Assembly: GCF_964204645.1 (NCBI RefSeq)
Contig: NC_134028.1
Location: forward strand, 15,755,653-15,819,652
DNA length: 64,000 nt
DNA from: Tubulanus polymorphus
Lineage: Eukaryota > Animalia > Nemertea
Reading direction: 5' to 3'
Shown: piece after piece, positions 10,718 through 20,408 of the stretch
Position numbering within the stretch: position 1 is the first letter of the stretch
Layout of the letters: each line of letters starts with the position of its first letter
Translations under genes and position numbers: made by a program
Notes under the pieces: generated by a model
Told to the model about the DNA's origin: nothing
Database searches by the model: none
What the model saw: only the letters and a program-made list of their open reading frames with translations

Positions 10718-11655
10718 TTAACCACTCAATAAAGATTCAATATATCGTTCATTATTTGGATCATTATTCCATAATTCAATAAATTTCTTTTCCTTTGTTA
10801 ACTGTTCTAAATATAACTGTAAATCTAGTTTATTAGATTTAATTATGTTTTCTTTCTTTTCAAGAAGTCTTAGATTCTTCCAATTCCAAATTAGTTTTAT
10901 ATTGTGTTCATCATTCATGTTAAATTTAGATATCGGTAACACATGATCAATATGAAAATAATCTCCATAATTATTTATATTCATTTTATCATCGAATTGA
11001 AATTTTATCCATGATTTAAAAAAATTATCTGTACAACCCTACAAATTAGATAGTGTTACTGAGTGTTTATCTTTACTGAATAATTTTTATAATCTATTTC
11101 TCAAACATTTTTCATTTTAAAATTTAGATCTGTTTGTTATCTTTCTTTATGATATTTATTTTGATACTCATTATAATGTTCTCTATTATTATCCCTCCAT
11201 TCTCTCGTATATTCTGTTATATAATCTAGATGATTTTCTCGATATCTTTTATTATTTTCTTTGTATTTTTCAATATTTTCCATATAATATTCTGTTGAAT
11301 AATCTGGATTATTTTTATGGAATTTTTTACAATTTTGTTTATTACAAGTTTTGCAATTATAACTTTTACCATCTTTAGAATTTTTATCTTTATTAAATTC
11401 TGCTAATGATTTATTTATTTTACATTTAGAACATGTCTTCTGATATATATTAACAACACCATCATTGTTTATATTCATAGTTTGGTATGTTTCTTTTTCA
11501 TTCTTTAATTCATCTAATTTAGTTTCTAATATATCATCTGTATATTCTAATTTCAATGTATTCTCTAAATGTGTTTTAGTTTTATTGTGTCTTGCTTTTT
11601 GAGATTTATCTATATTAATTTTACATGTCGGACAGTAGTACTTATTTGCTTCCAT
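10718..11655 (-). pseudogene. HNH/endonuclease VII-like nuclease with zinc fingers (type common in large DNA viruses), disrupted
   Basis: CPTC...HNKTKTH; KTCSKC...F.KDKNSKDG.SYNCKTC; C-terminal NYGDYFHIDHVLPISKF...NWKNLRLL...N..KSNK. Confidence 0.8.
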
Positions 11656-11734
11656 TTTAATACTAAATTTTTTATCAAAATTAATTTTAGAAGTTATTCA
11701 TTTATATGTTATTCATATATATGAATATTCTAAG

Positions 11735-11830
11735 AGTAATAGAGATAATAGGGGTTCATATCAAAGGTTTCATTTTTTAATGAGCTCGACCCTTCGACCT
11801 TTGGTATGAACCCTTATTATCCCTATTACT
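11735..11830. repeat. 96-bp AGT...ACT palindrome at the putative terminus of copy A
   Basis: AGTAATAGAGATAATAGGGGTTCATATCAAAGGT pairs with ACCTTTGGTATGAACCCTTATTATCCCTATTACT. Confidence 0.9.
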
Positions 11831-12651
11831 AATTTAAATGGTTAGAAAAATATATAGATTTTGACACCAAACAGAGAACTAAAGCTAAAACTGATTTGGA
11901 GAAAGATTTCTTCAAGTTAATGAATAATACATTCTATGGTAAGACTTGTGAAAATATTAGAAATAGAAATGATATTGAGTTAGTTAGTAATGGTAAAAGG
12001 ATAAGGCATTTACAAACATATCCTAAGTTCATAGGTAACAGAATATTTGATGAAAATTTAGCTGCAGTTAAAATGAGGAGAACTTCTATGAAATTTAATA
12101 AACCAATTTATGTTGGAGCTACAGTTTTAGAAATATCAAAGTTATTAATGTATGAATTCTATCATAACGTATTGCAACCTCATTTTGGAGAAAAGCATAT
12201 ATAGAAATCTTATATTTTGATACTGACAGTTACATATTAAAGATAAAAACTAATAACATAACAGATGATTTGAAAACATCAAAACATCATTTTGATTTTA
12301 GTTATTATCCTAAAGATCATGAATTGTTTAACAATGATAATAAAAAGGTGCCTGGTAAATTCAAAGATGAATTAGGAGGTGAAGAAATGGTAGAATTCAT
12401 TGGTATTAGATACAAAATGTATTCATATAAAACTAAAACTCATGAATCAGAGAAATTGAAAGGAATTACCAAAAGCGTTGTTAAAAAGAATATTCATTTC
12501 AAAGATTACATCAATTGTATATTCAATGAAGAAGTTAGAAAACATAAGATGAGATGTTTAAGATCTGAAGATCATGAAATGTTTATTGAAGAGGTAGAGA
12601 AGATAAGTCTAAACCCATTTGATGATAAAATATATATTTTAGATGATGGTA
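11831..12651 (+). pseudogene. Protein-primed family B DNA polymerase, C-terminal fragment (copy B)
   Basis: KWLEKYIDF...EKDFFKLMNNTFYGKT.EN.RNR, KPIYVGATVLEISKLLMYEFY, YFDTDS, GKFKDE, KLKGI, KISLNPFDDK.YILDDGI; truncated at both ends. Confidence 0.93.
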
Positions 12652-13172
12652 TAGCTAAAGGTGTTAATGGACTGAATATTGCTAGAAATGTTATTACAGA
12701 ACTTATTGTAACTGAACCACTGATAATAAAATAATATATAATTTTATTTTTTAAATATTTTATTTTTTTAATCTTTAAGTCACTTTCAAATTCTAATATT
12801 TGTTTTTCTAAATATGTTTTTAATTTAGTTTTATTTATATCATGAGGAATAATATCAATATTATCAACTTTATCATTCATTTATTTAGAAAAGAAATTAC
12901 TAATTAGTAAACTTATATGCTACAAATATAACAATAACAGTTCCGCCTAAAATCCACATTATTTCATATTTCTGTTGTTCTTTACTTGGGGTATAATAAT
13001 CTGATAATTTAGGTTTGTATAGATGTAATTTTTCTTTATTGGTTACAACGTTATATAAACTCATTGCATCATCGACTGATTGAAAATCTCTATGTGAAAT
13101 CTTCTGATCATATAATTCTTTATTGATGTAATCCATATAGTTTTGTCTGTTTTCTCTATATTCTCCTGCTGC
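12652..13172 (-). repeat. Inverted, slightly diverged paralog of ~1665-2185 (two small membrane-protein genes)
   Basis: ORFs 12900-13136 and the start of 12572-12880 are near-identical in translation to 1703-1939 and 1959-2185. Confidence 0.92.
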
Positions 13173-13372
13173 TCTATTATCTGCTCGATATTGCTTAGTA
13201 TATAGTTTAATACAAGTTTTGCAGCAATATTGAAAACCATCTTAATCTTACGCTTACTAAATTCTGTTATAGCTAATTTATCTAATTCACATTTAGAACA
13301 TTTCTCGTAGTATATATTTATAACACCAGTGTTATTTGTAATATTGAGAGTTTGTGATTGTTCTGGTTCCAT
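13173..13372 (-). pseudogene. N-terminal fragment of a second HNH nuclease gene
   Basis: QTLNITNNTGVINIYYEKCSKC aligns with QTMNINNDGVVNIYQKTCSKC of 11137-11655; the upstream DNA also matches 11650-11740. Confidence 0.75.
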
Positions 13373-13452
13373 TTTAATATCAAATATTTGTTACTAAATT
13401 TATTTTAGAAGTTATTCATTTATATGTTATTCATATATATGAATATTTTAAG

Positions 13453-13603
13453 AGTAATAGGGAATATGAGGGTTCATATCAAAGGTTGAAGGGGCGAGTG
13501 AGTAAAAAATGAAAAAATAAATTCGAGCGTGCGAGAATTTATTTTCATTTTTATCAGCTCGACCGTTCGACCTTTGGTATGAACCCCCATATTCCCTATT
13601 ACT
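13453..13603. repeat. 151-bp AGT...ACT palindrome at the putative terminus of copy B
   Basis: AGTAATAGGGAATATGAGGGTTCATATCAAAGGT...AAATTC pairs with GAATTT...ACCTTTGGTATGAACCCCCATATTCCCTATTACT. Confidence 0.92.
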
Positions 13604-14060
13604 GACTCCTTCTGCGGATAATGAATTCGCGATAAGAAGTCGGAATCTAAATGCTGTTTTCAGGCCTATATTTTACAGAAAATTGATACCCCTGTAGTAA
13701 GATACTCCATCGCTGTAATTGTCCCGTGGCAAACCCATCAACTTCCATTTTCTCAACCAAAGAAGAGCCTTATGATCTGTTACCACCGAAAATGGCTTTC
13801 CATATAGATAAACTTTAAAATTCCTAATTGCTGAGATAAGAGCCAAACATTCTCGTTCACTAGCTGAATAAGCTTGTTCCTGTTTTGTTAATGATCGACC
13901 CCCGTATGGTGTAACTGTTCTTTCCCATCAGCACCTGTTTGCAACAAACAATACCCGACATCATTATTAGACGCATCGCAATGCACTATAAATTCATCCT
14001 TTAACGAAGGAAACGCCAATACCGGAGCTGTTACCAAGGCCTTCTTAACATCATCAAGCC
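13604..14060 (-). mobile_element. Gypsy/Ty3 pol fragment (RT connection + RNase H)
   Basis: KKALVTAPVLAFP...FIVHCDASN..VGYCLLQ; GRSLTKQEQAYSASERECLALISAIRNFKVYLYGKPFSVVTDHKALLWL. Confidence 0.9.
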
Positions 14061-14090
14061 TCCTGACATTGTTCATCAAAAGACTCCTGA

Positions 14091-14094
14091 CACA

Positions 14095-14174
<80 letters not shown>

Positions 14175-14177
14175 CAC
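14091..14177. repeat. (GCAC)n(CA)n microsatellite
   Basis: Read directly from the sequence. Confidence 0.97.
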
Positions 14178-15294
14178 TATCTTTTTCCACACACATAAAA
14201 CCCTATAACTATTGCTTCTACAACTGTATCAAACTGTATCAGAATCCAGGAAGAAAGCCACTAGATATTTGGATGGATATATGAAAGCTGTGGGTACGTC
14301 AAGTAGTTTCACCGTTATTTGGATTCTCATTTCATGACGATTAGTGCTGGATTAGTTAATCTCTATGATTTGTGATTGACGTTACTTTCTCAAATTAAAT
14401 CAATATACATATACCAACAATTAAACCTGGATTGACTTTTCAAGTCAAGTCTCATTAATTTTTCAAACTGCTCATATTTCAGATTTGAAAGTGTGATCAA
14501 TAAAGTGAAATTGAATTGAAAATATGAAGTTTGTTCAATATAAACAAATTGAATTGAATTCCAAATTTTAAGGGTCATTCTTAAGAATCCGCAGACCTGC
14601 CCTGAGAGGCCACATGGCTTCTCAGGGCAGGAACCTGCCCTGAGAGGCCATTGGCGCAATTAAGCAGTATAAATGGAAAACTCGGCTATAATTCTGATGA
14701 AACGGCGAACTATCTCGCCGATGTTTGACATGCACATTGTCGAGTCATGAAATTAAATGGATTAAAATGAAATATATTAAACGTATTGATATATCGACAC
14801 TTAACAAATAAAACGAAAGTAATATTTCAATGAAAATTCATTCATAATAAGAAATGTATTTTTAAAAAGTCATGTAGTTAACCGACGACGAAAAGTTATG
14901 GTGATTATATAAATTTCAAAGCATTAATTTAATTATTCAAATATCCTATAGGCCTACATAAACAATTTGTGTCGTCCACTGATATCAGTGCGTTTCAATA
15001 TGCTGTATACTCTAATTCAACAGTGAATTTTTCGGGGGTTTCTACTGTTTTCGCAGAAACTCTATTGTAATTCTGCTGATCCTATTTTTTCTTCTCCGGG
15101 GTAAGGGTTGGTTGATCACATGTCATATTATTTTTCTTTAGGTTAATTACCTGAGCGCAGGCCAACTTTAATCAGTTTTATACTTTATCTAATGACAATG
15201 GCATAATTATAGTTGCCACATGCAATAAGGCATACGCAATTGAATCTAATCTGATCAGCCCTGCGGGTGCAATTATATACGTAGTCTACTGTCG

Positions 15295-15796
15295 TCAACC
15301 TGCCCTGAGAGGCCAGTTCAACTGCTGCAGTTTGAGTTCTGCAGATCACCTGCCCTGAGAGGCCAGTTCAACTGCTGCAGTTTGACTTCTGATATCAACC
15401 TGCCCTGAGAGGCCTGTTCAACGGCTGCAGTTTGACTTCTGATATCAACCTGCCCTGAGAGGCCACTCTTTCATTTTGCAGATATCAACCTGCCCTGAGA
15501 GGCCAGTTTCATTCTGCAAAAATCAACCTGCCCTGAGAGGCCAGTTTCATTCTGCAGATATCACCTGCCCTGAGAGGCCAGTTTAACTGCTGCAGTTTGA
15601 GTTCTGCAGATCACCTGCCCTGAGAGGCCAGTTCAACTGCTGCAGATTGACTTCCGATATCAACCTGCCCTGAGAGGCCACTTTAATTCTGCAGAAATCA
15701 ACCTGCCCTGAGAGGCCAGTTTCATTCTGCAAATCAACCTGCCCCGAGAGCTGCTGAAGTTTGACTTCCAATATCAACCTGCCCTGAGAGGCCAGT
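15295..15796. repeat. Minisatellite: 12 copies of ACCTGCCCTGAGAGGCCA with 36-50 bp period; outlying copies at ~14595-14651 and inverted at ~16667-16685
   Basis: Conserved core separated by two related linker types (long GTTCAACTGCTGCAGTTTGA..., short GTTTCATTCTGCA...). Confidence 0.92.
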
Positions 15797-16794
15797 TTCG
15801 TTTCGATAATACAGATTTTTCCTACATTTGCAATCTAGGCTAGGCCTCACGCATGTTACCAAAATGAGTTTAGAAAATGTGTCGAATGTTTTATATTGAC
15901 GTAATGAGCAATTGCGGCGTGCTCTCCTCATCTCTTCGTCACCTCCCATTAATGTGTGAGCAAGCCGATAGCCAGTTTAATTACGATGCAATAAGGACTT
16001 TGTTATTTAACACAAGTGCATTCATATTTATTGATGCAAACAATGCATATATAGAAATACGTATGCAAATGTAACACAAGAAAGTGAAGTGCAAAGGAAT
16101 TAGAAGAAACATATAGCACGTTAATCGTAAATTATAGATTACAAATAAAAACAGCGCCGCTTGGAATCATATAATTTAATTTTTACAAAAACTTGTATCA
16201 TCGTTATCATTAATTACCTTACATAGCAGCAAAATTCTATTCCTGAGAGTAATTGTGATTTTTCTTCTTCATTAAGTTATAGATGAAATTTTTTATGATG
16301 TTTTGATAAGAAATGTTCCCACAGAGAAAAGTTTTTTTCATTTCTTTATTTCTATGAAAAATATTAGTATTTTTTAATTTGTTTCTGAAAAATACCAATT
16401 ATAATTCTATTTTCTTATATATTTCAACAAAAATTCATATTTTGATTTTAGGTAACTTTTTTTTCCCTTACGTCTTGACTATTTAACTGTTTTAGCTTAA
16501 TATGATTAAAAGCATTTGTATTTCTCAATTTATTTCTATAGAATACAGCGTAGTCTTCTATTGTATGATCGAAAACTTTAGTTTGAATCTGAATATCCCG
16601 ATCACCTTGCCACCATTTCAGCTCACTCTGTTGAATGGGTTTTCATTTTCTATTGATTCAAACGACTGGCCTCTCAGGGCAGGTTCTGGAAAATCTGCAG
16701 AAAGACTCATATGAAATTTTGAGTTTGTTCAATAAAATTTTATTCAATTGAATTGAAAATTGTTAATTAGTATTAATTTTGGAACTACTATAAC

Positions 16795-16932
16795 CACGTA
16801 GTGGAAGGATGACCAAAACTGCAGTTAGGCCATCATCTCTGTTCTGTCCACTTCATTGTTACTAAACCGATGGTGATTGTGTTTTGGTACGGACCAATAA
16901 AGTTTATTTGTATTTGTATTTGTATTTGTATG
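16795..16932 (+). mobile_element. Probable 3' end of a LINE/SINE
   Basis: AATAAA followed by an (ATTTGT)n tail. Confidence 0.45.
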
Positions 16933-17071
16933 CAGCAGGTATTAAGATTAAGAATTAGAGAGAGGTAGCGGTAGACGAAGTTTAATTTAGCTTTAATTTA
17001 AGCGGGCAAGGCTACTGTATTTTAATCACTCGAATAATCATCAGTGATACAGGCGGACTACTACGGACATA

Positions 17072-17116
17072 ATGGTTGACGTTCCGATAAAAGAGATTGA
17101 CTTGATACTAGCACGA
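17072..17116 (+). CDS. EXOC7: Exocyst complex component 7 (Exo70), probable coding exon 1
   Basis: ATG...MVDVPIKEIDLILAR|GTAAGT, phase 0, joins exon 2 in frame. KEIDLILAREGKNL resembles vertebrate REIEDKLKQEEETL as I recall it. Confidence 0.7.
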
Positions 17117-17990
17117 GTAAGTAATATGTCAAAGTCAAACTCAAAGAACTTGGTAAACAGCCAGATTTAATGAATAAATAGAGGCGAGCCAGTGCCTCTT
17201 CAGTCATAGAATTCTATATTGTAAAAAAACATCATAGACGTTTTGTTGAAGGCACTTTAATTTCGGATTAGGCCTATAGCTATACGAATTATACTCGAAA
17301 CGGAAAAGGGAAATAGCGTTTGAAAAACGGAAGTAAAAAACGCATGAAGAAACGATATGTTAAATAACGCACAGCATTTTACTCCCAGGCATTGGCATAA
17401 TTTTGAGTTAATTATTCAGTACTTGTGTGGAGGGGGACGGTCATTTTGTAACACCTCGCGCATGCGTTATTCTCCGGGACTCGACCCTTAGTGACGCTGT
17501 GAAACCGGTGCGCTTGTTATTCCAAAAAATTCAACCCGTTGCTAAGGGACTGTGCTTTTTGTGGGATTCAATCCTGTCTTCCAATTGGTTTCTACGAAAA
17601 AAAACGAACTAATAATAACATTTTTTTGACAATATTTTGTGAATATTCTTTGTAAATATTCTGAAAATTACACAAAATCATTTTGTTATCCTTCATTCAC
17701 ATATTTAAACTTCGCGTGACGCGGCCCGCAAGTTTCGACGAAAGTTCGTCCGTGAACGTCATTTTCATTGCCACGATTTAGCCAATGCCGATGTGTCCCG
17801 GATATAAACTACAGTTTTTGAGAAGGACGGTATGGAGAAATAAAGGTTATTTGAATTTGCTGATTAACTTAAGGAGCTTCGGCGCTCGCTGTGCGCTTAA
17901 AAATAGGCCGATTAAATTGCACAGGGTCTCGTAATCAATGAGTATCGTAAACTAAGAACTTATCTAGATTGGATTTTACTTCCGGGTTGG

Positions 17991-20180
17991 TTTTTAGCCC
18001 ACTTGGGACTTAAAGTCCCAGCGGGCTATTGCGTTCACTTTTCGTCCGTCATCCGTCCGTCCGTAGACGGAATCCAGTTATTTTGGGAAGTTTTGAAGAC
18101 GCTTCAATGGATTGTCTTGATATTTGGGTTACACATGTATCTACCCTAGACACATCTTCAGCCCAAAAACTGGCCCTGCCAGAATCCAGATGGCCAACTG
18201 GCAGCCATTGTTGTTCGCCAAAATCAACACTTTTTTCACATTTTTGAACTTTTTGAGGGAAATTTTGATGTTTTATAGGCCTACCTGAGACAGGTATTTT
18301 TGATCAGCCAATTATGACGCAATTGGCGGCCATCTTGGTGTCATCAGTACTCATTCGTAGGTGGGAAAAAGTTTTTCCACATTATATTGATACCTAAGCG
18401 TATTTTTTGTTACCACAATCGATTAGAAACTTGTAGCTCATAACTTCACGGAGAACCTTAGTGTCAGTGGTATATCGCTAACGCGACCCCTGATACTAAG
18501 TCGCGGAAGCCATATACGCGGTGACTTTAAATTCTTTTTAATTCAACTCTAATTATATCATCACTACTCAGCTCTCATTCAACCGATTTAAAAAAATAAA
18601 CCATCATTGCAAACCTCTGATCTTTCTTGTTCTTACTGTTGTATTTATTTAGTCATTTTGTCATCGTATTTTGTGTATGAAACGATTTTTCATGACTTGT
18701 CAAATATCCACGAGTCGTGCAGAGCGGTATCTATTGTTGTGTTGCTAAGATATTGATTTTTTTATGCGGGTGAGTCTCGCGAGGAACCGTTTTTTTAGTA
18801 AAACATTAGCGGTACTAAAATATTCATAGAGGCAATTTCCAGCCACTTGAACTTCAAATATATTCTTTAGAGTGTAAACAATGAAAAGATAACAACATAA
18901 GGTCAGTGCAGGTAGTTTATTTATTGAAATCGGATGAGTAGTTGCCGAGTACTGAGTGGTTAAAATGCCGACTGAGCGCCAGTCGGAAATTTCGACGTAA
19001 AATAACGACTACGTGACTGGGTGGGTGGTTCATGCGAGCTCTTTAGTATAGGCAGTATACGGAGCTCTGCGAACCGGCCATTCTCAGGACTGGGTGAACT
19101 CATAACGTGTTCTATGATTGTGGTGACTTTCAAGGTCATTGGTTTTTTTATATGGCCACCAGGGGGCGTTGAATAATACAATATCTTAGTATTTCTATAT
19201 TATATTCGTATCAATGCATATTTTGTAACCACAATCAATTGCAAAGTTGTAGCTCATGACATCATCTATGATTGTGGCAAGTTTTAAGGCCATTAGTTAT
19301 TCTATATGGTCACCAGGGGGCGTTGAATAGCAGAATAACTAAGTATTTTCTTATTATATTGGTACCTAGGCATATTTTGTCAAATCATCAATCAATTACA
19401 AAGTTATAGTTCGTGACATGTTCTATGATTGTGGTGAGTTTCAAGGTCATTGGGTGTTGAATATGGTCACCAAGGGGCATTGAATAGTAGAATAACTTAG
19501 TATTTCCATTGGCAACGAGGTATATTTTGTTATCACAATCAATTACAAAATCGAAGCTGCTGACATGTTCGATGATTGTGGTGTGTTTCAAGGTCATTGG
19601 TTTTTTTATATGTCCACCAGGGGGCGTTGAATAATACAATATCTTAGAATTTCTATATTATAGGCCTATTCGTATCAATGCATATTTTATAACCACAATC
19701 AATCGCAAAGTTGTAGCTCATGACATCATCTATGATTGTGGCAAGTTTTATGGCCATTAGTTATTCTATATGGTCACCAGGGGGCTTTGAATAGTAGAAT
19801 AATTAAGTATTTCCTTATTATATTGGTACCTAGGCATATTTTGTCAAATCATCAATCATCAATCAATTACAAAGTTATAGTTCGTGACATGTTCTATGAT
19901 TGTGGTGAGTTTCAAGGTCATTGGTTGTTGAATATGGTCACCAAGGGGCATTGAATAGCAGAATAACTTAGTATTTCCATATTAAATTGGTAACGAGGCA
20001 TATTTTGTTATCGCAATCAATTACAAAATCAAAGCTGCTGACATGTTCTATGATTGTGGTGTGTTTCAAGGTCATTGGTTTTGTATGTGGTCACCAGGGG
20101 GTGTTCAATATTGAAATTGTTAGATTGTTGAGCATTTGGAACCACTTCCCAAGTGGGCATGGTGTCCCTGGACCCCTAGT
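17991..20180 (+). mobile_element. DINE-1/HINE-like non-autonomous Helentron with ~155-bp internal tandem repeats, full length
   Basis: Starts in a T-run. 5' subTIR GCCCACTTGGGA (17997-18008) with a local inverted repeat, (TCCG)n microsatellite, seven core repeats, 3' subTIR TCCCAAGTGGGC (20147-20158), short hairpin, CTAG-T end. Confidence 0.85.
18445..19098. mobile_element. 654-bp non-autonomous DNA transposon nested in the HINE, 8-bp TSD
   Basis: CTCATAAC at 18437-18444 and 19099-19106; imperfect ends TTCAC...GTGAA; removing it restores the core repeat. Confidence 0.75.
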
Positions 20181-20344
20181 TTAGTATGCAGTGGATATTT
20201 TACCGTCTACGGCTGAGTATTTATTTATGCTATTTTACTGTACGTCGTCGCTGATTGGCTGATTTACACCGCACATGGGCACAGAGGTACGCGACTTTGA
20301 AAATTCTAGGAAAGTGTGGAGACAAGAGTTAGAGAAAATAAAGC

Positions 20345-20408
20345 GAGACTCGAAGCCCGGGCCAGTTACTAGCGCAGGTCTGCATCATGCTACTTGACCA
20401 CCAAGCTC
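20345..20408 (-). mobile_element. Degenerate tRNA-derived SINE head
   Basis: Minus strand reads TGGTGGTCAAGTAG (A-box-like) ... GGCTTCGAGTCTC (B-box-like). Confidence 0.35.

Larger units (their letters stand above)
1..11830. mobile_element. Polinton/Maverick (polintovirus) copy A, right part; partly pseudogenised; left end outside the window
   Basis: Intronless, very AT-rich, gene-dense block containing double jelly-roll-type major capsid, minor capsid, A32-like ATPase and rve integrase. It ends in ...CCCTATTACT at 11830, consistent with the AG(T)...(A)CT termini known for Polintons. Confidence 0.92.

Noticed and set aside
11735-11830. Hairpin as a Rho-independent terminator or independent MITE
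   Set aside because: Eukaryotic viral context, no TSD around the hairpin, and the left flank is shared between copies. An independent-repeat origin is disfavoured but not excluded.
1665-13172. Inverted pair 1665-2185 / 12652-13172 as the Polinton TIRs
   Set aside because: Both are internal coding regions with Polinton sequence on either side; they are better explained as a rearranged second copy.
13888-14284. ORFs with CVRA/HART repeats
   Set aside because: They are translations of a (GCAC)n microsatellite; only the RNase H part is real coding relic.
15295-15796. CRISPR array
   Set aside because: The spacers are variants of two related linkers rather than unique sequences, there are no cas genes, and the context is eukaryotic.
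18960-20184. Short ORFs in the core repeats (MYYSTPPGGH...)
   Set aside because: Recurrent translations of the satellite monomer with no coding evidence.
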